From: Octopus vulgaris
Taxonomy: Eukaryota
Direction of reading: 5' to 3'
Length of the DNA: 64,000 nucleotides
Assembly: GCA_951406725.2 (NCBI GenBank)
Contig: OX597814.1
Location: forward strand, 174,592,001-174,656,000
Positions within the stretch are counted from its first letter, which is position 1, and every line of letters starts with the position of its first letter. The notes under the pieces are model-generated. The model had not been told where the DNA came from, did no database searches, and was given only the letters and a program-made list of their open reading frames with translations. The translations under genes were made by a program, and so were the position numbers. This document shows positions 49,013-62,131 of the stretch, piece by piece.

Positions 49013-50286
49013 GTAAGTTAAAAATCAATTGAATATCTTTTTTTTATTTTAATTTCTCTTGATTACGAGATTATTTTCTTTACACTTTTAAATTCATTTA
49101 AAATTAAAACAGTTTTCTATTTAAAAAAAAATGTTTTTTTTATTTTATGTATTTGAAACTATTTTAAGAGTAACAGATGGTTAAAACATTAGGCCATAGT
49201 CTACTAGACAATTGACTATTTGCATTCACTCACCTTTCTTTGGTCTCTCAGATTAATTTCACCTTGGTAATTATATTCAATCATGACATAGTCTATAATT
49301 AATGAGTTATATTATAGCACAGGCTCAGTTCTCATTGGCTGTTAGGAATTCAACAGATTGTTGTTAAGCACTTTTAGAATAAAGCTCCCAGTGAAACCAA
49401 CTTGGTTTTGATTCCTAGTCATAGACATTTCATCACACTTTGAATTGCTAATATCTCTGGGAAGAATATAGGTTTCACTGTTGCTGTTTCATCTCTCTTG
49501 TATAAAAGATTTAAGGTTTTATTTCTACCCAGTGAGTGTTCACTCCAGTGCATCTTCTTTTTAGATGGTATGTCATAGCAGTCTGTGCCTCAAAGACAAT
49601 ATTATATTGAGAATCTGTTAGAATCTGTTAACAATTCTATTGTAACAAATTAAACAGAATAACTTTAAATGTAAAAATAAGGGACAGCCTAATGTATGTA
49701 GACATCTGCATTAGAGAGAATGATTAAAAATCAGTTCATTATTTATGCAATTCTGAGTTCAAAGTTCTTTTAAGGTTTTAAACCAGACATATCCAACTCA
49801 AATATTCCGGCTGCTTTATATTCAAAATGACAAGATTCAGCCTCTTACGCCTACCCTACAATGTTATTTTAAAACTAAACAAAACACACTATTGAAATCT
49901 CAAAACTACAAGATTATGCATGATTAATTCAAAACAATATGAATAAATAAGCATTACATTTGACAGAGAAATCTGAATGCTAAAGACTTAAAATAAGCCT
50001 TACTTTAGATGATAACTAAATCTCACTGAAATTACATCTGCTTGTTTTAAAAAAAATGTAGGACTTGTTAGATACACTGTTTGAATAAAAGAGAAGGTGG
50101 TTATGGCTACATTGCATTTGATCATTAGTTTGCTTAATTAATGCTTTCTGAGGCTAAATAACAACTATGATATGTAAAGCAAGTTATATAGACTTTACTG
50201 GTGTGTTGAATTTTAAAACTGCTGATCTAACAGCTAAAACAACAGCATTTAAAAACTGAATTTTTTTTACATATTCTTCATTCCAG

Positions 50287-50368
50287 ACAGAAGCCATATC
50301 TTCTATTCTCAGATATAACACGGTGTATGTCACCTGTTGTCTTTCTAATGGGATGTGATACTCCCCAG
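50287..50368 (+). CDS. SLC44A/CTL exon 5 (EQKPYLLFSDITRCMSPVVFLMGCDTPQ)
   Basis: TTCCAG/GTATGA; KPYL..C..C.TPQ motif. Confidence 0.95.
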
Positions 50369-50650
50369 GTATGATAAATTTCTAGAGCTGTTTTTTCTTT
50401 TTTCATTTTTCTTTTTTGCCTTCTTTCATAATTCTGTTTCAATTTCTAAAAGAATTATTTATATATTGAAATGTTTAATTAATCATGCTTGAAGACAACA
50501 TCTTAAAATTTGGATGTTGATAATGATAATGGAACTGGTTATCATAATCATCATCACTATCATCAGCACCACCATCACCAACATCATCATCCTCATCATC
50601 ACAACCACCTTTCTGTTTGGATGACTAACAAAATGTCTTTTTGCTTACAG

Positions 50651-50710
50651 ATATGTGTCACAAAGTGTCCAAGCAAAACAGAAGTTGCACCAAAACAATA
50701 TTGTGAGGAT
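50651..50710 (+). CDS. SLC44A/CTL exon 6 (ICVTKCPSKTEVAPKQYCED)
   Basis: TTACAG/GTAAGA; ICV.KCP motif. Confidence 0.93.
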
Positions 50711-50741
50711 GTAAGAAGTTTTTATATTTCATTTTTTATTT

Positions 50742-51177
50742 GCTTCAGTCTTAAGACTGTAGGTCATGCTGGGGCTTCTCCTTTTAAAAGTTTAGTTAAA
50801 CAAATCAATCCCAGCATTTTTTTCTTAAGTCTAGTACTTATTCCATTGGTCTCTTTTGTCAAACAGCTAAGATACAGAGATGTAAACAAGCCTGCACTGG
50901 TTGTCAAGCAATAGGGAGGGAACACACACACACACATACATACACACATACATACACACATACATACATACACACACACATACATACATACATACATACA
51001 TACATACATACATACACACATACATACATACATACATACACACACATACATACACACACACACACACAACAGGTTTCTATAGAATTTCCTTTTGCCAAGT
51101 TCTCTCACAAGGTTTTTTTGGTCATCCTGGGGCTATAGTAGAAGACACTTCCCTAGTACTGTGCATCGGGACTGAAT
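50742..51177 (-). mobile_element. Degenerate family B SINE with expanded (CATA)n/(CA)n
   Basis: Flanks match family B; microsatellite at 50922-51068. Confidence 0.75.
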
Positions 51178-51565
51178 CAGTTGTTAGGGGTTCTTTCTTA
51201 AAGGATATGATTATCAACATTATTGAAAGAGTTAGATTCACAACACAATTTTCTCAAATTTAGCAGACAAAACTTTGAATTGATTGGTTGTGACAGGATA
51301 CTGAACTGTGGAATTATTATGATGATGTGCAGAGTTAGTATAACTGGAGTTCAATTTACATTCTTCAATTACTGATGAAGAGGTTAAAAAAAAGGGACTT
51401 ATTGTAATGCTGGTTTTGTAAGTAATCCTATAAGATAGATAGCACCTCCAATGCAAAACAGTGGATCAAATAATTAGTTTATAGTATTGAAAAGGAATTT
51501 AAGAAACAAAGAAAATTAGACCTTTTTTTGTGTTTTATATCTTTGTAAAACTCACAGATTAGATT

Positions 51566-51902
51566 TCATCATCGTTTAACATCCGTTTTCCATGCTAGCA
51601 CAGGTTGGACGGTTCAACCGGAAGCTGCACCAGGCTCCAGTCTGATCTGGCAGTGTTTCTACAGCTGGATGCCCTTCCTAACGCCAACCACTCCGTGAGT
51701 GTAGTGGGTGCTTTTTACATGCCACCGGCACAGGTGCCAGGGGAGGCTGGCAGCGGCCACGATCGGTTAGTGCTTTTTACGTGCCACCGGCACAGAAGCC
51801 AGTCAAGGCGGTGCTGGCATCGGCCACGTTCAGATGGTGCTTTTTACGTGCCACCGGCACAGGTATCACAACTACAATTTCCATTTGATATTTATTTTGA
51901 TG
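51566..51902 (-). mobile_element. 5'-truncated RTE 3' UTR copy (copy-2 subfamily, 3 units)
   Basis: Shares GATCGGTT, CAGAAGCCAGTC and AGGTATCACAACTAC with the reverse complement of 47820-48300. Confidence 0.92.
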
Positions 51903-52106
51903 TTCTTAATAAAATCAATAAACAACTGATTTATATTTCTGAATATTCATGTTGCCTCGTGTGTTCTTCTCTACTGACAATCAGTTTATATATGTTACTC
52001 TAGTTACTAATTATATCTTTAGGTTGATTCTGATTGTTACTAGCATTTTGATTAATGAGTTACTGTTTATGCTTCTTATTAATTATATTTTATTTATTTT
52101 CATTAG

Positions 52107-52158
52107 CAAGATATTTCTGATTCTGAATGCCCTCTTTATGCAATCCAGTCCAGAGATC
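52107..52158 (+). CDS. SLC44A/CTL exon 7 (QDISDSECPLYAIQSRD)
   Basis: CATTAG/GTACGT; phase 0-1 bridges exons 6 and 8; CP.....S motif. Confidence 0.88.
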
Positions 52159-52386
52159 GTACGTATAACATTTTATAAACACCATATTATCTTGGTGAAG
52201 TTTATTGTTTATTGATTAAATACTCTAATATGAAGCAGGAGATAGCTTCCAAATATCTCATGTATAAATAAACAGTTCAGAGACACCATAAAATAATAGA
52301 AAATACTAGTTGTATATGACAGTGAAAAATATTAACTCAATGAACACTTCTGCTAAAAAAAATTTGCAAAAATATAACCTTATTTT

Positions 52387-55300
52387 CAGTGGTGGGCATG
52401 GCTCCACTAATCTTCTGACAGTTAATTAGTGAAGCTAACTTTTTGTTTAGCAGATTAGCGTTTTCGCTAACTTTGGAAACCGTTAGCAGACATATTAGCT
52501 TCTGCTAAATTTAGGTTCACTAACTTTAAGTCCCCTAACAAAATTCACTCAATTGTTCCTGCCTGCTGTGGCCATGTCTCAAAGAGTCCATCGGGCATGC
52601 TATTGGCAGAGGTCGCTCAAGTTGAGAGCCAGGAGTCTCAGAACCCATGACTCCACCTGGAGGACTACTTTATCCTTACATCAAGGGATAAGAGGAATGC
52701 CAAAACCCTGTACTTCCAGTGTGTCATGTGCCAGTCCAAGGGGAACACCATCAAGGGACAAACGATGAGCCTCTGCACCTTGAATTTGCATGTCATGAGG
52801 AAACACCTAGTGCATGTCATCCAGTTTGAAGAGAGGATCGAGGCCAACTCTTCCCGTGGGAAACACAATCTTCTGGTAACAGTGCCAGTGGCCAGTCGTC
52901 ACAGCCATGTGCAAAGAAAGCACACCAGTCAAACATTGGCAAGGCATTTGCCCAAACTGCTGGCACTGGTATCCGTCAGTCTATGATGGACAGAAGGATT
53001 CTGGACCTGTTTGTCAACAACATCCTACCGCTGTATAGAGTGGAGTCCCCCACCTGATCAAGATGCTGAACCCCAGCGAGACATCAAATGTCCAGCCACC
53101 TTTCTACCCATGAAAATTGTAGAAACCACGTGCTCACAAAAACCATTGCAGCTTGCATGGAGATGTGGATGATACAGTGACAGTGAATTATTTCCATGTT
53201 AGTTTTAAATTATTGCTAGCCACCTTGATTATTTTATAATTTTCACATTGCCATTTTATGAAATCAGTCACTGATTCCAATGACATGTTCCATAATATTG
53301 ACAGGGTGAGTTGGCCTCTACCAGCTATGATAAAGTGAGCATTACTGATGAGTCTTAATTTCCTATATGAAATTAGCATGCATCTCACTCACAGTGGGGA
53401 GGATTTTCTCACCTCTCAATACAAAGAGACCGTGTGCTCCTATGGCTACGACTCCTATTTCTAGCAATGCTGGTGTACACTGCACCCTTATCACCCTTAA
53501 TGATGGTGAATTATTTCCTTGTTGGTTTCAAATTGCTGCTAACCACCATATATATATATATATATATATAATATTTAAGTTCTTAACTTTACAACTTACG
53601 TCTCTTTACAGTTTAACATCTTTTAATTACACATTGCTCAAGGATGTCCCCTGAGTGGTGACCACCACCGACTGTTGGTCAGCCCACAACAGGTCATACC
53701 TGGGATGATGGCACACTGGCTGGATCCCAAGACCTGCATGAGACAACATGCCATCCTGGCCTGCTCTCAGCTCAGAGGACATCACACCTTTGATGTTCTC
53801 ACCCAGGCCATGGTGGACACCCATTATAAGTTCCATCTGCAAGACAAGTTGGCTAGAACCACAATGGACAATAGCAAAAACCTTAAGGCATTTATGCAGT
53901 TTGGTACACAAGGTGAACTCTTGCCAGACATTCCTAAGGCTGCTGCTGATCTGGACATGGAAAGTATTGAGGATGTAGACCTGGACGTGGATTCCAAGGT
54001 TGGGGATGTGGACAATTGAATACATCTCTGCTGATGCCACCCTTGACAAGTCCAGCAGCCTGGGCCTAAACCTACCAGTGCACATGAAGTGCACAGCCCA
54101 TACCTTCAACTTGGTAGCCAGCGTGGATGCCAACAAGGCTCTGGATGCCAACAAGGCGTGGATGCCAAGAGCTGCAGCATGGTGGCGGCAGACAGCATTC
54201 TGGATACATTAAAGAGGAGGCTGGTGGTCCCCAACAGTACCAGATGGAACTCTACCTATGACTCTGTTGTTTTCAACAACTTGTTGAAGAAGAATAGAGG
54301 AGCTGTCCACAGGGCAATGACATGGCTGAAGCTTCAGACCTTCACTGATTCTAACAGGTGATGTTTAAAGTTGCCAAAGCCTTCAGCAGGAGGAACCAAG
54401 CCTATCTTGGGAGCCCTCTGCCAACTGTAGTGGCTACAGTCATAAAGTTGAAGGAGGCCAAGTTCAAGCATCTCCTGTACTGCAGTCCTCTGATAGACAC
54501 GATACTGGCAGGCATCACAAAAAAGTTTGAGCTCCTCCTAGAAGACCTGGAGTGCCAGCTGGTTGCTGCCTTCAACTCCAAGTTTTGCCTGTTCTGTCTG
54601 GAGTAGTATAATAACAGCCAGGTTAGCAGAGTAACGAATGCCATGGAGACTGTCATAGAGACAGCCCTAATGGAGACTAATGGGGAGGGCAACTGTACCA
54701 CCCGCAATGAGGAAGGTGATTTCTTCAGCTACATCACTTGGTTCTGGGAGAGCAGGATCCATAGGTCACTGAAATCCAAAGTACAGAACCTGGTGAAATC
54801 CAAGGCACAGACATGGCCGGAAGCCGTCTTGAAGGAGGTCTTGACTGAAGTTGCCTTTTGGTCTTGATTGACCTGTTCACCAAGTATATCATCACCATCC
54901 CATCCAGTGCTACAGTTGAGGGCCTATTCTCTATAGATAAAGATATTTTGAGGACTGAGAGTCACCTTGTCAGATGGTAACTTTGAGGCTGATGTTTATG
55001 AAGGGCAACAAGCATCACATCGAAGTAATGGAGAAGGCCCAACCAGAGTAGTACACTTTGATCACCATCTGATCTTGGCATGATACCTATGCTATACTGT
55101 ACCTTTTTGATTCATTTAATACTTTTTGTACAGTAAATAAAACCTATGATGACTGAAAAACTAATGTTTAATTTCATTTGTTCATTTAATTATTTGTGCA
55201 CACTTTGATCATCATCTGATCTTTTTGGAAAGATCTGATACCTTTTTGGAAAGCTCTATGTCTAAGCTACAGCATGAAAATTTCAGCTCTCTAGGTTTGT

Positions 55301-55471
55301 TTTTAAGGGTTTTAGAGGCAAAAACCCAAACCAAGACTAAATTCATATAAAAGTTACCAATTAGCCTTAGCATCCGCTAATTTTTTTTTACCTATTTAGC
55401 GTTTAGGAAGCTAACTTTTATTGTTAGCAGATTAGTGAAGCTAACTTTTTGGTTAGCTATGTCCACCACTG
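52387..55471 (+). mobile_element. Full-length degenerate hAT transposon in intron 7
   Basis: TIRs CAGTGGTGGGCATGGCT / CAGTGGTGGACATAGCT, perfect 8-bp TSD CTTATTTT, subterminal GCTAACTTTT repeats. Confidence 0.93.
52717..55030 (+). pseudogene. Fragmented hAT transposase
   Basis: BED-like C..C...H...H (52717-52806), TTDCW, TTMDN, CTAH, TRWNS, PSSATVEGLFS across several frames with stops. Confidence 0.88.
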
Positions 55472-55891
55472 CTTATTTTAAGTCAGGATAGTATAGTAAA
55501 AAGATATTTTATGGACATAGAATTTTCATACATTTTTTTAAAAAAGGAAGTAATTTAAACCAAATATTACTATATAAACAACAAAAGTATAACAATCCTT
55601 TTAATTTTTACCTTTTGTGACAAAGAGAAAAAAAAACATGTCATATTTCAATAGAAATTAGCTTTCCAATTGATGTGAATCGTGTTTGAAGTTGCATAGA
55701 AAGGAACATACATAAAGGATGAGTCTCCAAATTCCATATCCTAATTAAAGGTTTCCATCTATTCATGTAATAATTGGTGCTCTGGGCTATTTTAGATAAT
55801 TTTTAATAGTATATAATAATAAAAATAAAAATAATAATGTATTTGATCTCATCTGACACTTTCACAAGTTTCTTTTAATATTTATTTCCAG

Positions 55892-55991
55892 TGTTGAAGA
55901 GATGTGTTCCTGACATTACTGCATTTGCTAAAACCCCAAATATCTTAGATAAGGTAAATGTGACAGAAAATGATGTGATTAGTTCAACAAA
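55892..55991 (+). CDS. SLC44A/CTL exon 8 (LLKRCVPDITAFAKTPNILDKVNVTENDVISST)
   Basis: TTCCAG/GTAAGT; RC.P motif; NVT sequon. Confidence 0.9.
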
Positions 55992-57304
55992 GTAAGTATT
56001 TTCACCATTATCCTTTTCTCAATTAATTTCTTTCATTTAGTTCATCAATTTCATTAATTGATGAAAAGATGAAAACAAAAAGATTTAAATTAAAAAGTCT
56101 TGACTAGAACTCTTCAAATTAAGAAAAATGTAAGATTCAATATAAGTTAGATAATAATTCTTAAATATTAATTCCTTAAGAATTTATTAATAATGTAAAT
56201 TAATAAGCAAAAATGAAATGATTAAACACAAAGAGAATTAGAAATTAATGTAAAACATGGAATATGATTCAGTAGTCTTTTGGGGGGTTTTTTTTTTTTT
56301 TTTTTTTTTGGTGATCATTTTGTTTTCTATGACCAGATTTGTTGAAAAAGTATCTTCAGTAAATGATAATTATCCCTTACTTTAGAAATAGGTCATTTTC
56401 TGGACATGGCTAGTTTTAAGTCTCTCACTAAGAATATACTGGAATGAGCTTCTATTGGAAGACAGTAAACCTTTAAACTTTTAGATTTGGAGGAAATGAA
56501 GATTCAAGTCATGTTCCTTTTTTTTCACCCCAGAATATATAACAAATTATCTTGTTTCTGTAATTCTATCCACCCTGTTGTATTTAATAATAGGAATAAT
56601 GCTTTCTTATTTAGGCAACTTTAGGGAAGGGGTTTGTTCAATTTCATTGACCCCATTGAATGATACTCTATTTTACTGACCTTAAAAGGATGAAAGCCTC
56701 AGTTGAATTCAGTGGGATTTAAACCCAGAACATTAAAAGCTGGAATAAATACTACAATGCATTTTTTTTTTTAATCTCTAGAGATTCTGTTAATCTTCCT
56801 TTCCTTAATAATAAATGTTTCTGATTAGGCAAAAGACCAAAAGTTTTGCATTGAGTGTATAATAACTACTGATCCCAGTAGTTGATTGGTTCTGTATTTC
56901 ATGGAACTTAAAAGAATGAAAGCAAAGTTGACTTTGGCAAGATTTGAATTCAGAATATAAAGAACCAAAAGAAATGTCACTATGCATTTTGTATGGCATG
57001 TTTGCTATCTTAAATAATGAAACTAATAATAGCTGACCATTAGTAAGGAGAGACACAGAAAGAAGAAAGCAAAGGACCACAGATGAGGTCACAGAAGTGT
57101 GACGAAAGAACCCTGGCCAAAATAAGATTAAGATTAATGTAAAAAATAAATAGAGCTGAAGTAAATTAACACCAAATATATAGTGCATGTGTTTTTATTG
57201 GCTAAACTGGCAACATGACCATTCCTAAATACAACAACATCTGTTTCATCACACAATTTCACATCAAGAATCTTGCAAAACAAATATATAAACGTAGAAA
57301 CTAA

Positions 57305-58057
57305 TAATGTTTTCTATTTTTGGTACAAGGCCAGCTATTTTGAGGAAATAGGTCAAATCAATTACATCAACTCAGGTACTTGACTAATACTTTATTGTAT
57401 TGACCTCAAAGGGAATGAAGGTAAAGTAGACTGCAGTGGGATTTGAACACACAACATAGAGTTGGAAGAAATACCAATAAGCATTTCATTCAATGCTCTT
57501 ATGATTCTGCCTGTTTCCCACTTTAAATAATAATGTTAACTCTTTCAGCTATAGGCACAAGGCCTGGAATTTTGTGGGGAGGGGCTAGATAATTACATTG
57601 CCCCACTACTTATTTTATCAACTCTGAATGGCCAAAAGACCCTTAATGTAAAAAGCCAGAAGAACTACCACTAAGCATTTAGTCCAACTTGCTACCGCGC
57701 CGCCTCGGCTGATGCCAGTGCCGCCTGAGCTGATGCCAGCGCCACCTTGACTGGCTTCTGTGCCAGTGGAACGTAAAAAACACCATCCGAACGTGACCGA
57801 TGCCAGCACCACCTTGACTGGCTCCTGTGCCAGTGGCACATAAAAAGCACCAACCGATCGTGGCCACTGATGAAATGTCACTGAGCATTTTGCCCAACAT
57901 AACAATTCTGCCAGCTCACCACCTCGATAATTATAATTATGGTTTCAGATTTCGGCACAAGGCCAGTAATTTTAGGGTAGGGGTAAGTCAATTACATTAA
58001 CTCCAGATATCAACTGGTCCTTATTTCATATGCCCCAAAAGAGTGAAAGGCAAAGTC
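57305..58057 (-). mobile_element. Cluster of tandem degenerate family A SINEs with an RTE 3' UTR repeat fragment at 57685-57866
   Basis: Three GG.ACAAGGCC tails (57322, 57554, 57954) and AAGG.AAAGT cores. Confidence 0.7.
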
Positions 58058-58248
58058 TTCCCCTCAGATCCACTTGTATTTCCCAGTCTGAGATTAAACA
58101 CAAAATACTTGTTTCAGTCTTCAGCCATATTGGGGCACTGTTTTGAAAACTTTAGTCAAACAAATTAACCCCGGTACGTTTTATCATTTTTTTTTCTTTT
58201 TTAAGCCTGCTATTTATTCTATTGGTTTCTTTTACCAGACTGCTAAGT

Positions 58249-58586
58249 GAAGGCGCATGGCTCAGTGGTTAGAGCATCGAACTTACAACAGTGAGGTTGT
58301 GAGTTTGAATCCCAGACCAGGCTGCGTGTTGTGTTCTTGGGCAAGACACTTTATTTCACGTTGCTCCAGTTCTCTCAGCTGTAGAAATGAGTTGCTACGT
58401 CACTGGTGCCAAGCTGTATCAGCTTTTGCCTTTCCCTTGAGTAACATCGGTGGCATGGAGAGGGGAGGCTGGTATGCATGGACGACTGCTGGCCTTCTAT
58501 AAACAACCTTGCCCGGACTTGTGCCGCGGAGGGTAACTTTCTAGGTGCAATCCTATGGTCATTTCTGACCGAAGGGGGTCTCCTCA
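58249..58586 (+). mobile_element. tRNA-derived SINE, family C, nested in a family B SINE
   Basis: A box TGGCTCAGTGGTTAGAGC, B box GAGTTTGAATCCC, TTGGGCAAGACACTT central domain; AAGT duplicated at 58245-58248 and 58587-58590. Confidence 0.8.
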
Positions 58587-59350
58587 AAGTTGCAGGGGCA
58601 TAATCAAACCACCACCTGTTGCCAAGCAATGGTGGGAAAAGCACAGATGCACACACACACACACACACTCTCTCTCTCTCTCTCTCTCCCTCTCTCTCTC
58701 TCCCTCCCTCTCTCTCACTCTCTCTCTCATTCATTCATTCATTCATTCATTCAACCACTTCTTTCAGTTTCTGTCCACCAAATCTGTTTGCAAGGCTTGA
58801 GTAACAGCTGAAAGAAGGTTGCATTTTCAGTTGAGTAGACTGGAGCTGCATAAAATGAAATGTCTTGCTCAAACTCACTATTTACTGCCCTGCCCATGAA
58901 TCTACAATCTTATGATCTTGAGCCCAACACTCTGACTATACACCTTCTCATACATATCTTTACATATTTTCATTGTCGAATATTTTTCTGTGCTGACTGG
59001 TATTGGATATGTCTACCCTACAAGCTTATCATCAACTATTTTGTTTTCTCATGTGGAACCCAGCTTAGCTGCTGCTTGTGTTCCGCTAACAACAATATTT
59101 CAGATAAATTTATTTTTTAATGTGATTTCTTTTGCATCTTAATTTTAGTGCTTAAAAATATATCTAATCTCTCCTAGATTCAATAAAATCTCTAGCAGTA
59201 ATATGCTAAGACAATGGTGGGACAACCCACTTGATAATATCCTTTCAACAAGTGGTTTTTTAGCTAAGCAAGAAATTGTTTTCAGTTACATTCTACTTAT
59301 GCATTTATTCTTATGCATAAATGTATAAACTGGCTATAATATATAGCTAT

Positions 59351-59586
59351 AGCAAGGCGGTGAGCTGGCAGAAACGTTAGCACACTGGGCAAAATGCTTA
59401 GCGGTATTTTGTCTGCTGTTACGTTCTGAGTTCAGATTCCGCCGAGGTCGACTTTGCCTTTCATCCTTTCGGGGTCAATAAATTAAGTACCAGTTACGCA
59501 CTGGGGTCGATGTAAACGACTTAATCCATTTGTCTGTCCTTGTTTGTCCCCTCTATGTTTAGCCCCCTTGTGGGTAGTAAAGAAAT
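59351..59586 (+). mobile_element. Family A SINE, full length with 12-bp TSD
   Basis: ATATATAGCTAT at 59339-59350 and 59587-59598. Confidence 0.9.
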
Positions 59587-59884
59587 ATATATAGCTATTG
59601 TTAAAACAGGAAATACTTTTGTGAACAGTTCAACATATATTTTCAACTACAAAAGGGAATAATGCCAAATAAGTAATACCAGTTTTTACTTCTTATTGAT
59701 GACTTAGCTTTAACAAGATTTTCTTGTTTGAAAATTTTTTTGTTGTTGTGCATCAAATTACATACAAGTTTGAATCTAACCAGTAAGCAGCATCAAAGAT
59801 ACTTATATACCACACGCACACACACACACTTTATATTTATATTGTAACTAAGTATTTATGTTTTCATTTTTTTCTTATTTTTAG

Positions 59885-59968
59885 AATAATGGAAGGTGTA
59901 TTTAAAGCAAAGAGCTATGCAGAACAAATTATCAAAGATGTTATGACATCTTGGTGGATTATTCTGGT
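59885..59968 (+). CDS. SLC44A/CTL exon 9 (KIMEGVFKAKSYAEQIIKDVMTSWWIIL)
   Basis: TTTTAG/GTATGT; I..D...SW..I motif. Confidence 0.95.
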
Positions 59969-61060
59969 GTATGTATATGATTATTTTAATGATAATAGTT
60001 TAATGATAATAATTTATCTGTTTGATAATGTATTCTTACAGAAGTCAATAAGTCTTTTGAATCAATCAAAAGGGACGCCCTGGGCAGCACACATTCTAGC
60101 TACGCTTTGTGTGTGTGTGTTTGTGTGTGTGTCTGTGTGTGTGTCTGTGTGTGTGTGTGTGTGTGTATATATATACATACATACATACTTCTATTTCATG
60201 ACTGTAAGCAGCAACAAGGAAAGCATTGACTCAGATGTAAAGCCATGGACTCCAGTAATTCATATAAACATAATAAAATTGTTAAGAACAATGAATAATT
60301 ACTGATTTTTTTGGCTCCCCCTCCATAATTTTTATCAGATTGAGATTTACAGTTACTAAAACTGAAGAGTTTTATCAATCGCAGTAGAAGAGGAGTTTGA
60401 AATTCAAATAAAAGAAACAAATTTGATCAAATTTATTTGGTTTTAAACTAGTATTCTTTAAAATTGTATTACAATTTGAGTTTAAATTTGTTTCATAATT
60501 ATCATTGGATATTTTCCATGTTGCCAAAGATTGGATACATCTGCCCTACAAGCTTATCAGCAACTATTTCAGACTTTCATTTTCTCATCTGTTGAGTCCA
60601 GAATAGTTACTGCTAGTAGCATTTATACTGGCATGCAAGTCAATGTGGTATATAGCATAAGTATTCAAACATCATCACTATCTTTCTAAATCCTGTTGCA
60701 TTTCACATGGAATTTTTGGTCCTCAAAGTCATCTTGGTTTGTAAGTCAGCTTGTCTTTTTGTGACTGTAAATTTTGATCTGAAAAATTCTATTTGTATAC
60801 CAGATACTACATTATTCAGCTAACAGCAATATTTCAGATGAATTTTTTTTTTTTAATATGATTTCTTCTGCACTCTGATTTTAATGTGTGAAAATAGGCC
60901 TGTATTCAATTAAATCACTGGTAGTAATATGCTAAGACAATAGTGTGACAACGCTGTTGATAATACCTCTCTTTCAATAAGTAGCCTTTTAGATAAACAA
61001 GAACTTATTTTCATTTACTTTTTACTGTTTCCAAAATGTAATTAATTCTTTATATTTCAG

Positions 61061-61173
61061 TGCTCTAATTATTGCTATGTTTGTGTCACTGCTGTGGATT
61101 TTCTTAATGAGATGGGTAGCTGGTATCATGGTATGGTTTGGAGTGATTGCTTTCTTGGTTTTATTTGCAGCTG
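61061..61173 (+). CDS. SLC44A/CTL exon 10 (VALIIAMFVSLLWIFLMRWVAGIMVWFGVIAFLVLFAA)
   Basis: TTTCAG/GTAAGT; IAM..SL..I.L.R..AG.MVW motif. Confidence 0.95.
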
Positions 61174-62131
61174 GTAAGTGACCCCTTATTTCTTCCCTAT
61201 TTGTTTTGTATTTAACAGTAGTTTTATATAGGGATGGATGGAGTTTCTAAAGGATAGATGGAGTTACTAAAAACAACTCCAAGAGATAAAAGAAGTATGA
61301 TGTGGTAGTAGTTTAATGCTTCAAAGCAGAATGGAATCCCCTGATGTTTTGGACGCTAGTTAGTCTTTCTTCAGAAAGCAAAGATGAAGGAGAAACAAAC
61401 AAGTGGGAAAGAGGAAAAATTTATAATCATAAAATGTTTGAGGTGGAAGACGTGCACAATAGTGGAAATCAGTTGCCCAGGAGATGTCAACATTATTAAA
61501 ATTCAATGAAAAAGAAAATATCTATATCAACCGTTTATGAAATCTGTAGTTACTCCACCTGGACTATAGCTTTATGTTTATATCTATATTGTAGTATTTG
61601 GCTGTATGTCTAACTTCAGTTTCAATAATAGTCTTGAATTCAATGTCTAGAAATAAGATGAGATGTTCGTGGTTGGAATACTTTTGATCATGTGTTTGTT
61701 CAGTCAAGGTTAACCTAAAACTAAACATACATAGTGCAATCCAATGACAGAACACTTGATGTAGTTACTTAATCTGCTAGAAATAACAGCCAAATTTTAA
61801 ACTAATAAGGACACATTGGATAATGTAATCCTAGATGTATGAAAAGATGAAATGGTCACAGTTGGAACACCTTTGATTACAAGCCTGCTTGATCAGGGTT
61901 TATCTACAGCTAAAAGGTAATTTAATATGCAACAATATTAAGCTCCATGTAGCCGTGAAAGTGAAGGCTCTATTAATTACAAAAATTTCTTTAGCAGCTA
62001 ATTATTTTAAAATTCAAGAGTTAATATTAACACATTCTATCATTTCTCTCTGTTTGCACAGTACTTCTTCCAATTTTATTTGTAACAAATTGCCTTCTAA
62101 TTGTAACACTTTGGGATTTTTTTTCCAACAG

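Noticed and set aside
50764-51263. CVCMYV/HTYI-repeat ORFs (also 7655-8066, 58555-58811)
   Set aside because: Translations of (CA)n/(CATA)n/(CT)n microsatellites.
53345-53385. Hammerhead at CTGATGAG...GAAA
   Set aside because: Stems II and III do not pair properly, and the GAAA is sequestered in a TAATTTC/GAAATTA hairpin.
58251-58325. tRNA gene
   Set aside because: A/B boxes are present but there is no acceptor stem, and it continues into a SINE body.
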